Shown: positions 40,757-50,704 of the stretch, in pieces | How positions within the stretch are numbered: the first letter of the stretch is position 1 | How the letters are laid out: each line of letters opens with the position of its first letter | NCBI GenBank assembly: GCA_963829055.1 | Contig: CAWHHI010000016.1 | Location: 128,001-192,000 of the forward strand | Source of the DNA: an uncultured Gemmatimonadaceae bacterium | GTDB taxonomy: Bacteria > Gemmatimonadota > Gemmatimonadetes > Gemmatimonadales > Gemmatimonadaceae | DNA length: 64,000 bases | Reading direction: 5' to 3' | The notes under the pieces: generated by a model | Database searches by the model: none | The model's input: only the letters and a program-made list of their open reading frames with translations | Told to the model about the DNA's origin: nothing | Translations under genes and position numbers: made by a program

Positions 40757-42094
40757 GTGCCGGGAAACAGTTCGGGGAGTTCGCGCAGCAACAACGTCGG
40801 TCCCGCGACGGGCCGCCTCGGGGTTCTGACTCCAGGGCTCGGAGCCGTCGCCACTACCTTCATTGCTGGCGTCGAGAGCGTACGTCGCGGGTTGACGAAG
40901 CCGATCGGCTCGCTGACGCAGATGGCGACGATCAGACTCGGAAAACGTACCGACAAGCGGTCGCCACTGATTCGCGATTTCGTTCCGCTCGCGAGCCTGG
41001 ACGATATCGTCTTCGGCGCCTGGGATCCCATTCCGGACGACGCGTACACCGCGGCGAAGAAAGCGGGCGTCCTGGAGGACAAGCATCTCGAGCCGATCGC
41101 GGATTTCCTTCGCGCGATCAAGCCGATGCCGGCCGTGTTCGAGAACCGCTACGTCACGCGCATCAACGGAACGAACGTCAAGCAGGGGAAGACGAAGCGC
41201 GACCTGGCCGAGCAGCTCCGCCACGATATCCGTGAGTTCAAGGCGAAGCACGGTCTCGATCGCGTCGTGTGCGTCTGGTGCGCGTCCACGGAGACGTACA
41301 TCAAGGCGGGACCGCCGCACGCGACGATCGAGCAGTTCGAAAAGGCCATGGAGCGCAACGACGATGCGATCGCGCCGTCGATGCTGTATGCCTGGGCGTG
41401 CATCATGGAAGGCGTGCCGTTCTGCAATGGGGCACCGAACCTGGCGGTGGATACGCCGGCGCTCATCCAGCTGGCGTTGGATCGAGGCGTGCCGATTTCG
41501 GGGAAGGACTTCAAGACCGGACAGACGTGGATGAAGACCGTCATCGCGCCCGGTCTGAAGGCGCGCATGCTCGGGCTCGCGGGCTGGTACTCGACGAACA
41601 TTCTCGGCAACCGCGACGGCGAGGTGCTCGACGACCCGGCCTCGTTCAAGACCAAGGAAGAGTCGAAGCTGTCGGTGCTGCACACGATCCTGCAGCCCGA
41701 GGTGTATCCCGAGCTCTACGACAAATTCTCGCACGTCGTCCGCATCAACTACTATCCGCCGCGCGGCGACAACAAGGAAGGCTGGGATAACATCGACATC
41801 GTCGGCTGGATGGGCTATCCGATGCAGATCAAGATCAACTTCCTGTGTCGGGATTCGATCCTCGCGGCGCCCATCGTCCTCGATCTTGCGTTGTTCTCGG
41901 ACTTCGCGCAGCGGGCGGGCATGAAGGGGATCCAGGAATGGCTATCGTTCTATTACAAGAGCCCAATGGCCGCAGCCGGGCTACAGCCGGAGCACGATCT
42001 GTTCATTCAGCAGACGAAGCTCAAGAACACCTTGCGGCACCTCATGGGCGAGGAGCAGATCACGCACCTCGGTCTCGAGTACTACGCGTCGTGA
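40757..42094 (+). CDS. ino1: myo-inositol-1(3)-phosphate synthase
   Basis: GKDFKTGQT, NILGNRDG, GDNKEGWD, RDSILAAP, FYYKSP; AGGAG RBS before GTG 40757. Confidence 0.92.
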   Translation: MPGNSSGSSRSNNVGPATGRLGVLTPGLGAVATTFIAGVESVRRGLTKPIGSLTQMATIRLGKRTDKRSPLIRDFVPLASLDDIVFGAWDPIPDDAYTAAKKAGVLEDKHLEPIADFLRAIKPMPAVFENRYVTRINGTNVKQGKTKRDLAEQLRHDIREFKAKHGLDRVVCVWCASTETYIKAGPPHATIEQFEKAMERNDDAIAPSMLYAWACIMEGVPFCNGAPNLAVDTPALIQLALDRGVPISGKDFKTGQTWMKTVIAPGLKARMLGLAGWYSTNILGNRDGEVLDDPASFKTKEESKLSVLHTILQPEVYPELYDKFSHVVRINYYPPRGDNKEGWDNIDIVGWMGYPMQIKINFLCRDSILAAPIVLDLALFSDFAQRAGMKGIQEWLSFYYKSPMAAAGLQPEHDLFIQQTKLKNTLRHLMGEEQITHLGLEYYAS

Positions 42095-42102
42095 GTCGGC
42101 GG

Positions 42103-42564
42103 ATGAGGGCTCGTCGATGGCTTGCGGGCGCCGCGTTAGGTATGGCGGGACTCGCGGGGTGCACGGCGGGCCCGCCGACCGATTCGCAGACCACGCGACT
42201 GTGGACGGACGACTACTACATCCGTGTGACGTCCGACCCGTCTCCGCCGCGCGCGCTGGAGCAGGTGCAGTACACGGTCGTGGTCCAGGACAAGAAGACC
42301 CGCGCGCCGATCGACATCGGGGAAGGCCGCATCTTCGCGACCAACGAAGATCGGAAGAACACCGACAACGGCTTCGAGAAAGCGCCTGAGCCCGGTACTT
42401 ACCGGACAAAGCTCTTTTTCGCCGTTGCGGGCAACTGGGCAATGGGGATTCAGTTTCGCAAAGATTCGACGCAGCGCCTCCAGCGGACGAACGATTGGTA
42501 TCAGGAAGTATTGGCAGCGACCGAACCCGGCCAGGACGCCGCGAAAGCACGTTCAGGCAAGTAA
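42103..42564 (+). CDS. Hypothetical lipoprotein (Ig-like, YtkA/FixH-like)
   Basis: Lipobox LAGC; PGTYRTKLFFAVAGNW beta-strand pattern. Confidence 0.65.
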   Translation: MRARRWLAGAALGMAGLAGCTAGPPTDSQTTRLWTDDYYIRVTSDPSPPRALEQVQYTVVVQDKKTRAPIDIGEGRIFATNEDRKNTDNGFEKAPEPGTYRTKLFFAVAGNWAMGIQFRKDSTQRLQRTNDWYQEVLAATEPGQDAAKARSGK

Positions 42565-42573
42565 CCCGACTCA

Positions 42574-42867
42574 ATGCGCCACTATTTTCGCACACATCTC
42601 ACGCCGGCGGCCGTGATCGAGGCCGCCGACGTGTTCTTTCCATCGCTCGAGATGAAGCCCTCGGCCAGCGCCGCGCGTTCGCGCGGGTTCACCGGCCCGT
42701 TAGGCACGATGAGCATTTCGGCGAAGCCCGAGGGCGGCCACTACACATTTGTGGAAGCGTCGACCGACCAGATGGGCGAGAGCCGGCTCGACCGGAACAT
42801 CAAGCGATTTTTCGTGACGCTGCATCGCCAGGCCGATCCGGCGCATCGACTCGAGGCGTCGTATTGA
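42574..42867 (+). CDS. Hypothetical protein
   Basis: 97-aa ORF that fills the operon gap; TGATG coupling downstream. Confidence 0.65.
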   Translation: MRHYFRTHLTPAAVIEAADVFFPSLEMKPSASAARSRGFTGPLGTMSISAKPEGGHYTFVEASTDQMGESRLDRNIKRFFVTLHRQADPAHRLEASY

Positions 42868-44084
42868 TGGCGGGTAAGAAGCCGAGGGGAATCGGGAATC
42901 GGGAATCGGGAATCGGAACTGCGCGAACCAGTAACGGCCGTGCGTCCAGGTCGACTGCCCGGGGAACACGCGATTCCCGATTCCCGATTCCCGATTCCCG
43001 ACCGTCAGCTTTGCTGACGCGCGCTCAGAAGCTCGACCTCTACTACTGGATGCGCATGACCCGCTCCCTCGAGGAGCGGCTGGTGGCGCTGTACCGACAG
43101 ACGAAAGTCGTCGGTGGGCTGTTCCGCTCGTTAGGCCAGGAGGCCGATGCGGTCGGCAGCGCGTACGCGCTCGAGCGGCGGGACATCCTGTCGCCGCTGA
43201 TCCGGAACCTCGGCTCCATGCTCGTCAAGGGCGCCACGCCGCTCGAGATCCTGCGCCAGTACATGGCGAAGGGTGATTCGCCGACGCGTGGACGCGAGCT
43301 GAACATTCACTTCGGCGATACCGAACGCGGGTTCATCGGACAGATCTCGCCGTTAGGCGACATGGTCCCGGTGATGGCCGGCGTGACGCTCACGTTCCGC
43401 ATGCGCGGGCAGGATCGCGTTGGACTCGTGTACGTCGGTGACGGTGCGACGTCCACCGGCGCGTTTCACGAGGGTATCAACTTCGCGGCCGTGCAACGGC
43501 TTCCTCTGGTGGTGATCGTCGAGAACAACGGCTATGCCTACTCGACGCCGATCGAGAAGCAGACCGCCGCGCGTCAGTTCGTCGACAAGGCCATCGGCTA
43601 CGGGATTCCCGGGCTGCAGGCGGATGGCAATGACGTCCTCGCCGTCTATGACGTGACGAAGCAAGCGGTCGACTACGCACGCGCCGGTGGTGGTGTCACG
43701 CTGGTCGAGCTCATGACGTACCGCAGAAAGGGACACGCGGAACACGACAACCAATCGTACGTGCCGGCCGGAGAGATCGATCGTTGGGCGGCCGAGAACG
43801 ATCCGCTCGATCGCTATCTCGTCGTGATGCGTGAGGAGCTGGGAGCAACCGACGCCGAGATCGCGGCGATCGACGCGCGAGTTACGGCGGAGATCAATGC
43901 GGCAACCGACGAGGCTGAGCAATCCCCGCCGCCGCTTCCGCTCGACGCGCTGGTCGGCATCTACGCCGATCCGCCGTCCGAGCGTCCGTTGTGGTTCCGC
44001 GACGGCGCCGATCGCGCCGTCGACGTAAACGAGCGGCCCGAAGGCTGGGGCACGTGGCAGGCCCCGCGCACGGGGAGCGGCTGA
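42867..44084 (+). CDS. 2-oxoacid (pyruvate/branched-chain) dehydrogenase E1 alpha
   Basis: TPP motif GDGATS...ENNGYA, YRRKGHAEHD. Confidence 0.9.
   Translation: MAGKKPRGIGNRESGIGTARTSNGRASRSTARGTRDSRFPIPDSRPSALLTRAQKLDLYYWMRMTRSLEERLVALYRQTKVVGGLFRSLGQEADAVGSAYALERRDILSPLIRNLGSMLVKGATPLEILRQYMAKGDSPTRGRELNIHFGDTERGFIGQISPLGDMVPVMAGVTLTFRMRGQDRVGLVYVGDGATSTGAFHEGINFAAVQRLPLVVIVENNGYAYSTPIEKQTAARQFVDKAIGYGIPGLQADGNDVLAVYDVTKQAVDYARAGGGVTLVELMTYRRKGHAEHDNQSYVPAGEIDRWAAENDPLDRYLVVMREELGATDAEIAAIDARVTAEINAATDEAEQSPPPLPLDALVGIYADPPSERPLWFRDGADRAVDVNERPEGWGTWQAPRTGSG
42887..42999. repeat. Perfect (GGGAATC)4 ... (GATTCCC)4 inverted repeat
   Basis: 28-bp arms 42887-42914 and 42972-42999, 57-bp loop. 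Confidence 0.95.
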
Positions 44085-45061
44085 TGCCGGAGATCACGTA
44101 CCTCGAGGCCCTCCGCGAAGGCATCACCGAGGAGATGGCGCGGGACGACAGCGTCTTCTGCATGGGCGAGGACATCGGGGCCTACGGTGGCGCGTTCAAA
44201 GTCACCGACGGACTACTCGAGCGATTCGGCGAGTCGCGGGTCATCGACACGCCGATCTCGGAGATCGCGATCGTCGGAGCCGCGGCGGGCGCCGGGCACA
44301 TGGGAATGCGGCCGGTGGTCGAGATGCAGTTCATCGACTTCATCGCGAACGCGTACGACATGCTGACGAACTACGTCGCTACGGCGCGCTACCGCGCGTT
44401 TCTGCCGTGTCCGATGGTCGTGCGCGGCCCGAGTGGCGGCTACGTGCGCGGCGGGCCGTTCCATTCGCAGAACCCTGAGGCGGGCTTCATCCACACCCCA
44501 GGTCTCAAGGTGGTGTACCCGGCCACGGCGGAAGATGCGAAAGGCCTGATGAAGTCTGCGATCCGTGACGACGACTGCGTGCTCTTCTTCGAGCACAAAT
44601 ACCTCTACCGGCGCATCAAGGCCGAGATGCCGTCGGGCGACCACGTCGTGCCGATCGGTAAGGCTCGAGTCGCCCGCGAAGGGAAGGACGTCTCGATCAT
44701 TACCTACGCGGCGACGGTCTGGAAAGCGCTCGAGGCGGCTGAGCTGTTGGAGAAAGAAGACGGGATCTCGGTCGAGGTAATCGACCTCCGAACGCTCGCG
44801 CCGCTCGACGACGAGGCAATCTTCGCGACGGTTCGGAAGACGAATCGCGTTCTCGTGCTGCACGAGGACACGCGCACGGGTGGGATCGCAGGCGAGATCA
44901 CGGCGCGGATCAACGAGTCGTGCTTCGAATGGCTCGACGCGCCGGTGCTGCGTGTGACAGCGCACGACATTCCGCTGCCGTATGCACCACAGCTCGAGGA
45001 TTTCGTGCTCCCGCAGACGAGCGATATCGCGCGCGCGGTGCGGCGTCTCGCGGCGTACTGA
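44084..45061 (+). CDS. 2-oxoacid dehydrogenase E1 beta
   Basis: GEDIG, DTPISE, EMQFIDF, FHSQ, FFEHK, IDLRTL. Confidence 0.92.
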   Translation: MPEITYLEALREGITEEMARDDSVFCMGEDIGAYGGAFKVTDGLLERFGESRVIDTPISEIAIVGAAAGAGHMGMRPVVEMQFIDFIANAYDMLTNYVATARYRAFLPCPMVVRGPSGGYVRGGPFHSQNPEAGFIHTPGLKVVYPATAEDAKGLMKSAIRDDDCVLFFEHKYLYRRIKAEMPSGDHVVPIGKARVAREGKDVSIITYAATVWKALEAAELLEKEDGISVEVIDLRTLAPLDDEAIFATVRKTNRVLVLHEDTRTGGIAGEITARINESCFEWLDAPVLRVTAHDIPLPYAPQLEDFVLPQTSDIARAVRRLAAY

Positions 45062-45079
45062 CGTGCGGGCGGAGGTACG

Positions 45080-45394
45080 ATGAGTGTTCCGCCAGTGGGA
45101 GAGGAGTCACCGCGAGCGCAGCAGGTGGAGGTCGAGGACAGGACGGCGCGCAACATTGGCGTCGGCTGCTTCACGACCTTCATCGGGTTCTGGAGTGGCG
45201 GGATGATCGCGGTGATGATCGGGAAGGTGGTGGAAGGCGTTCGGCGCGCGCCGTCGTGCGAAGGCTTACCGCTATGTAACTGGAACGTGTACGCGGCCGT
45301 GGGCGCGGTGATTGGCGCGATCTCGCTGCCGGTGCTGGTCTTGATGCGACTGCGTCGTCGTGACGTTAGGCAAGGAACTCGATCGCGAGGTTGA
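45080..45394 (+). CDS. Small two-TM membrane protein
   Basis: GGAGG RBS, two hydrophobic segments. Confidence 0.6.
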   Translation: MSVPPVGEESPRAQQVEVEDRTARNIGVGCFTTFIGFWSGGMIAVMIGKVVEGVRRAPSCEGLPLCNWNVYAAVGAVIGAISLPVLVLMRLRRRDVRQGTRSRG

Positions 45395-45398
45395 TCCG

Positions 45399-46790
45399 TT
45401 GGCACGTATCGATGTAGTGATGCCCCAGATGGGGGAGTCGATCGCCGAAGGGACAATGTCCCGTTGGCTGAAGAAGGTTGGCGACTCGGTGAAGCGCGAC
45501 GAGCCGATCTTCGAGATCTCGACAGACAAGGTAGACGCGGAGATTCCGTCGCCGACCTCCGGCGTGCTGGCCGAGGTGCTGGTGACGGAAGGACAGACGG
45601 TTCCGGTCCAGACGATCGTTGCCCGCATCGAGACGGAGGCAGGGGCGGTAGCCGCGGCGCCTGCGGCCGCCGCTCCAGCGCCAGCGGCGTCGTCGGCAGC
45701 AGCGCCTGTGTCGGCTGCTGGAGCGAGCGGGGGGCCCCCCCCGAAAAGCGAATCTACGGCGAAACCGGCCGCCGTCTCGCATCCCGCCAGCGCGACCACA
45801 GCCATACCGCCGCAGACACCTGGCAGGTCCTCAGCCGGCAACGGCGAGTCAATGGAAGATCGACTCCGCACCAAGTCGTCTCCGCTCGTACGAAAGATCG
45901 CCGCCGAGCACGGCATCGAGATTGCCGGCCTCCAAGGCAGCGGCATCGCCGGCCGCGTGACCAAGCGCGACATCATGCAGGTGATCGAATCCGGCGCCGC
46001 AGTCGAAGCCGCGCCGCGAGCCGCGCCGTCGATGCACGCACCCGCGGGCGTCGAGCAGCACGGCCCGATGCCCGAGCCGTGGGCCGGTGACATCGTCGAG
46101 CCAATGTCGCGCATCCGCGCGCTCACGGCCGAGCACATGAGGCTCTCGCGTCGCACGAACGCGCACGTGACGTCGTTCTTCGAAATCGACCTCACACGTG
46201 TCGCGCGCATCCGCGCGAAACTCCGGGCCGACTTCGAGAAGCAGTCCGGCGAGAAGCTCACCTACCTGCCGTTCATTCTCACCGCCGTTACGGCCGCGCT
46301 CAAGCAGTTCCCGATTCTCAATGCGGCAGTTGCCGGCAACTCGGTCATCTACCGCAAGCAGTACAACCTCGGAATCGCCGTCGCGCTCGACTGGGGACTC
46401 ATCGTTCCCGTCATCAAGCGCGCCGACGAGCTGTCGCTTGTCGGCCTAACGCGGCAGTTGAACGACCTCGCGACGCGCGCTCGCGCGAAAAAGCTCCGTC
46501 CCGAGGAAGTACAGGACGCCACCTTCACTATCACGAATCCCGGCGTCTTCGGCTCCCTCATGGGCACTCCGATCATCCCCGTGCCGACGACCGCGATCCT
46601 CGGGCTCGGCGCGATCGAGAAGCGACCGAAGGTCATCACTGGGCCCGATGGGGAGGACACCATCGCCATCAGGACCTGTGCGTTCTTCTCGCTCTCGTTC
46701 GATCACCGCGTGATCGACGGATCGGTCGCCGATCAGTTCCTCGCGACTGTGAAGCGCACGTTGGAGACGTACGCCGAAACAGGCGCATAA
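45399..46790 (+). CDS. Dihydrolipoamide acyltransferase E2
   Basis: Lipoyl motif EISTDKV, E3-binding GSGIAGRVTKRD, catalytic DHRVIDG. Confidence 0.92.
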   Translation: MARIDVVMPQMGESIAEGTMSRWLKKVGDSVKRDEPIFEISTDKVDAEIPSPTSGVLAEVLVTEGQTVPVQTIVARIETEAGAVAAAPAAAAPAPAASSAAAPVSAAGASGGPPPKSESTAKPAAVSHPASATTAIPPQTPGRSSAGNGESMEDRLRTKSSPLVRKIAAEHGIEIAGLQGSGIAGRVTKRDIMQVIESGAAVEAAPRAAPSMHAPAGVEQHGPMPEPWAGDIVEPMSRIRALTAEHMRLSRRTNAHVTSFFEIDLTRVARIRAKLRADFEKQSGEKLTYLPFILTAVTAALKQFPILNAAVAGNSVIYRKQYNLGIAVALDWGLIVPVIKRADELSLVGLTRQLNDLATRARAKKLRPEEVQDATFTITNPGVFGSLMGTPIIPVPTTAILGLGAIEKRPKVITGPDGEDTIAIRTCAFFSLSFDHRVIDGSVADQFLATVKRTLETYAETGA

Positions 46791-46792
46791 CC

Positions 46793-47051
46793 ATGGCGAG
46801 GGCGCTCACGATCGAACGGTCGAAAGTGTCGCCGCACGAGCGCGACGCCTATTTCGCCGGGATGCGTGAGCGCCGCGACCGATTGCGCGCGGCCGAGTGT
46901 AACTTCTGGGTATATGAAGATCCGGGCGAGCCCGGCCTCTTCGTCGAATTCATCGAGGCGCGCGATTGCGGACACGCTCGTTGCCGGTCGAGCGATCGTG
47001 TGCGAATCACGAGACGGCGTGCCGATCCTGACCGAAGTGGAGCTTTCCTGA
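46793..47051 (+). CDS. Small hypothetical protein, probable frameshift near 46965
   Basis: Plausible sequence up to FVEFIEARD, continuing in another frame to PILTEVELS stop. Confidence 0.5.
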
Positions 47052-47053
47052 AC

Positions 47054-47320
47054 ATGCCAACCCGTACTCTCAACGCCGACGGAAAAGAGTGGCGCGTGTT
47101 TCCGTCGGGGTACATCACACAGTACGAGCACGACGAATTCGGCATCATGTTCATTGCCGGAACTGGCGATACCCGCGAGGTGCGCGTTACGCGGTACTCG
47201 CCGCAGGGCGCACGTTCGCGTGAACAGTCGCTCGCCGAAATGTCCGACGGCGAGTTGACGCGCCTGTTCGGTCAGTCGCAGCCGAGCTTCACGTCGCCCG
47301 AAGCCGGCTACACGAAGTGA
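47054..47320 (+). CDS. Small hypothetical protein
   Basis: MPTRTLNADG... 88 aa; GTGA overlap with the next gene. Confidence 0.6.
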   Translation: MPTRTLNADGKEWRVFPSGYITQYEHDEFGIMFIAGTGDTREVRVTRYSPQGARSREQSLAEMSDGELTRLFGQSQPSFTSPEAGYTK

Positions 47321-48192
47321 TGGCGGTGCAGGCCCGGCCCGACGGGCCCGCTGGACCGTACGTCGATCTGCACTCGCATTCGACGGCATCCGACGGCTCA
47401 CAGTCCCCGACAGCGCTTGTCGCTGCGGCCAAGGCGGCCGGGCTCTCGGCGATCGCGCTCACGGATCACGATACCATGGCCGGTGTCGCCGAAGCCGCGG
47501 CAGCGGGCGAACAACTTGGCGTCCGCGTCGTGCCGGGCGTGGAGCTGAGCGCGACCGATGCGGACCGCGAAGTCCACTTACTTGGTCTCCACATCGAGCG
47601 CCCCACCGCACTCGAAGATCCGCTCCGCACGTTCCGCGAGAGCCGCTACGTTCGCGCGCAGCAGATCGTCGCGAAGTTGAACGAGCTCGGCATCCCGATC
47701 GCGTTCGATGACGTCCTCGCGCTGTCGGGCGATGCGGCCATCGGTCGCCCACACCTGGCGCGCGTCCTCATCGAAGGCGGATGGGCGCGTGACTCCCGTG
47801 ATGCGTTCGACCGGTACCTCGGGGCAGGTCGGCCCGCGTACGTGCCGAAGCATCGTCTGTCGGTCGCGGAAGCGATCGATCTCGTACATGCGGGCGGCGG
47901 CTTGGCGGTGTTGGCACATCCGGGACCCACGGGGCGCCGGGAGATCGTCGAGCGCTTTGTTGGCTTTGGCCTCGACGGACTCGAAGTGCGTCACCCGGGG
48001 CACAGCAACGAAGACGCCATGCGCATCGGCACGTTGGTCGAATTCTTCGGGCTGATCCCGAGCGGTGGCTCCGACTGGCACGGTGCGTCGGAAGGACCTC
48101 GAGTGCTCGGCGCGATGCGCGTGCCCATGTCGTGGCTCGAGCAGCAGGACGCGCGCGTCGCGATTCGACGTGCGGGCGCTGCCGTCGCTTGA
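47317..48192 (+). CDS. PHP-domain phosphoesterase (YciV/TrpH-like)
   Basis: DLHSHSTASDG, ALTDHDT, GVELS, GGSDWHG. Confidence 0.9.
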   Translation: MMAVQARPDGPAGPYVDLHSHSTASDGSQSPTALVAAAKAAGLSAIALTDHDTMAGVAEAAAAGEQLGVRVVPGVELSATDADREVHLLGLHIERPTALEDPLRTFRESRYVRAQQIVAKLNELGIPIAFDDVLALSGDAAIGRPHLARVLIEGGWARDSRDAFDRYLGAGRPAYVPKHRLSVAEAIDLVHAGGGLAVLAHPGPTGRREIVERFVGFGLDGLEVRHPGHSNEDAMRIGTLVEFFGLIPSGGSDWHGASEGPRVLGAMRVPMSWLEQQDARVAIRRAGAAVA

Positions 48193-48223
48193 CGTTCTTC
48201 GGTCCACAGGTCGCGCCCGCACC

Positions 48224-48955
48224 ATGGAGCTGAACGGTCGAATCGCGCTCGTTACGGGTGCCGGCCGCCGCGTCGGCCGCGCGATCGCGACCGCCCTCGG
48301 CCGGCGTGGGATGCACGTTGCCGTTCACTACAACGGCTCGGCTGACGGCGCGAAGGAGACCGCCGCTGATATCGAGAGCGGCGGCGGACGCGCGACCCTG
48401 TTCCAGGCCGATCTGAGTCAGCCGACTGCGCCCGAATCGCTTGTCGACGATGTCGTCGCGAAGTTGGGTACGCTCGACGTGCTGGTGAACTCGGCCGCGA
48501 TCATGCAGCGGACGCCGCTCGATTCGGTGACGCCCGCGGACTGGGACGCGACGTTCGCGATCAACGCTCGGGCGCCGTTCTTCGCCGCCATTGCCGCCCA
48601 TCGCCACATGGCCGCCCGGGGCGGCGCGATCGTGAACATCGCCGACCTCGCTGGACTGGAAACGTGGCCGGCATATGTGCCGCACGGCCTGTCCAAGACT
48701 GTCGTTGTACAGATGACTCGTGCGCTGGCGAGAACACTCGCGCCCTCCGTCCGGGTGAATGCCGTCGCGCCGGGCGTGATCATGTTGCCCGAGGGATGGG
48801 AAGCCGAGACGGGCGAGCGGCTGCGGCGAACGACGCCGCTCAAGCGGCTTGGATCCGTGAACGATGTTGTGGGTGCGGTGATTTATCTGTTGGAAGCCGA
48901 CTACGTGACGGGCGAGACGATCGTCGTCGACGGTGGTCGGCACGTTCGCCGGTAG
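48224..48955 (+). CDS. SDR oxidoreductase, pteridine reductase/FolM-like
   Basis: TGAGRRVG, VHYN, RVNAVAPG, VDGG. Confidence 0.85.
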   Translation: MELNGRIALVTGAGRRVGRAIATALGRRGMHVAVHYNGSADGAKETAADIESGGGRATLFQADLSQPTAPESLVDDVVAKLGTLDVLVNSAAIMQRTPLDSVTPADWDATFAINARAPFFAAIAAHRHMAARGGAIVNIADLAGLETWPAYVPHGLSKTVVVQMTRALARTLAPSVRVNAVAPGVIMLPEGWEAETGERLRRTTPLKRLGSVNDVVGAVIYLLEADYVTGETIVVDGGRHVRR

Positions 48956-49014
48956 TGCCCGCTGGGGCTGGCGCTCGATGATAAAATTCAGCGGCAACCC
49001 GAACCCCGACTTTC

Positions 49015-50040
49015 GTGGCTACGCGTAATCCTGAAACGCTCGTGATCATTGGCTCCGGCCCGTCGGCGTGGACGGCCGCGATCTATGCCGCCCGCGCGAA
49101 CCTGCGTCCACTGGTGTACGAGGGCGAACCGTCGCGCGAGATGATTCCCGGCGGCCAACTCATGTACACGACCGAGGTCGAGAACTACCCCGGCTTCGTC
49201 GACGGCGTCACCGGAACCGCCTTGATGCACACGCTCCGCGAGCAGGCGCTCCGGTTCGGAACACGGATCGAGCAGGAGTTCATCGCATCGGTCGATTTCG
49301 GCCGTCACCCGTTCCGCCTCAAGCCGAACTACAGCGACGAGATCGAGGCGCTGGCCGTGATCGTGGCGACGGGCGCGCGGGCGAACTGGATTGGCGTGCC
49401 TAACGAAGAGCGCCTCGCGCAGCTGGGCGGCGGCGTTTCGGCGTGCGCCGTTTGTGATGGCGCGTTGCCCGCGTACCGCAATAAGGTGCTCGCCGTCGTC
49501 GGCGGCGGTGACTCGGCGATGGAGGAGGCGCTGTATCTCACGAAGTTCGCGAATGAAGTGCGGCTCATCCATCGCCGCGACGAATTGCGCGCGTCCAAGA
49601 TCATGGCCGACCGCGTTCTGAATCACCCGAAGATCCGCATCGTCTGGAACACACGCGTAACCGAGGTGCTCGGCTACGACGTGATCGAGGGCCTTCGGGT
49701 CGAGAACACGGTCACGCACCACGTGTCCGACATGACGGACATTGGTGGGCTGTTCGTCGCCATCGGCCACACGCCTAACACCGCCTTCCTCGGCGGTCAG
49801 GTCGATCTCACGCCGCACGGCTACATTCGCACGCCGAGGGCGTGGCGCACGGCGACGACGGTGGACGGTGTGTTCGCCGCCGGTGACGTGATGGACGACT
49901 ACTATCGTCAGGCGATCACGGCGGCCGGCACAGGCTGCATGGCGGCGCTCGAAGCCGAGCGGTGGCTCGCCCACCACGGGCTGGGCGAGTCGCCAGTCCT
50001 GGAAACGGCCGAAGCGCCGGTGAGAGCCGGTGGTGAGTGA
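49015..50040 (+). CDS. trxB: Thioredoxin reductase
   Basis: IGSGP, GVSACAVCDG, GGGDSAMEEA, HRRD, YRQAITAAG. Confidence 0.93.
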   Translation: MATRNPETLVIIGSGPSAWTAAIYAARANLRPLVYEGEPSREMIPGGQLMYTTEVENYPGFVDGVTGTALMHTLREQALRFGTRIEQEFIASVDFGRHPFRLKPNYSDEIEALAVIVATGARANWIGVPNEERLAQLGGGVSACAVCDGALPAYRNKVLAVVGGGDSAMEEALYLTKFANEVRLIHRRDELRASKIMADRVLNHPKIRIVWNTRVTEVLGYDVIEGLRVENTVTHHVSDMTDIGGLFVAIGHTPNTAFLGGQVDLTPHGYIRTPRAWRTATTVDGVFAAGDVMDDYYRQAITAAGTGCMAALEAERWLAHHGLGESPVLETAEAPVRAGGE

Positions 50041-50704
50041 GCCTTCGGTGGCGACGGCACGCCCGGCGGTCGCCGTCCACACCGTCGGTGCGTTCCAGGA
50101 GAACTGTTATCTCCTGACCGATGCGACGACCGCGACATCGGTGCTGGTTGATCCCGGCGCCGAGCCGGATCGACTCATCGTGGCGGTCGAGCGGTCGGGA
50201 ACGGCGCTCGAGGCGATCTGGCTGACCCATGCACACCTCGACCACATCGGGGCGATCGCCGGACTCAAGAGACGGTGGAATGTTCCGGTCCACCTCCACC
50301 CGTTCGATGAGCCGCTCTATGCAATGGCGACGCGCCAGGCGCAGCTCTATGGGCTCGAGTTCGAGCAGCCGCCCCCGCCGGATCACCCGTTAGGCAACGG
50401 CGACGTCATGCAACTCGGTGGGCTGCGCTTTGGCGTCATGCACGCGCCCGGCCATGCGCCCGGGCACGTCGTCTTCCACGGACACGGGATCGCGTTCGTT
50501 GGTGACTGTCTCTTTGCCGGCTCCATCGGGCGCACCGACCTCCCGTTGTCGAACCCAAAGGATCTCGCGGCGTCCCTCGATCGCATCGCCACGTTGGCAC
50601 ACGACACTGTCGTGTATCCCGGTCATGGGCCCGCGACGACGATCGGCGCCGAGGCACGCACGAACCCGTTTCTCACCGGCGCGGCGCGGATTGTCGGCGC
50701 GTGA
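50030..50704 (+). CDS. MBL-fold metallo-hydrolase (glyoxalase II/YcbL-like)
   Basis: THAHLDH, PGHAPG, GDCLFAGSIGRTD, PGHG. Confidence 0.9.
   Translation: MVSEPSVATARPAVAVHTVGAFQENCYLLTDATTATSVLVDPGAEPDRLIVAVERSGTALEAIWLTHAHLDHIGAIAGLKRRWNVPVHLHPFDEPLYAMATRQAQLYGLEFEQPPPPDHPLGNGDVMQLGGLRFGVMHAPGHAPGHVVFHGHGIAFVGDCLFAGSIGRTDLPLSNPKDLAASLDRIATLAHDTVVYPGHGPATTIGAEARTNPFLTGAARIVGA

Noticed and set aside
46793..47320. Single 175-aa ORF
   Set aside because: The middle segment reads as an off-frame bridge; two small genes (stop 47051, start 47054) fit better.
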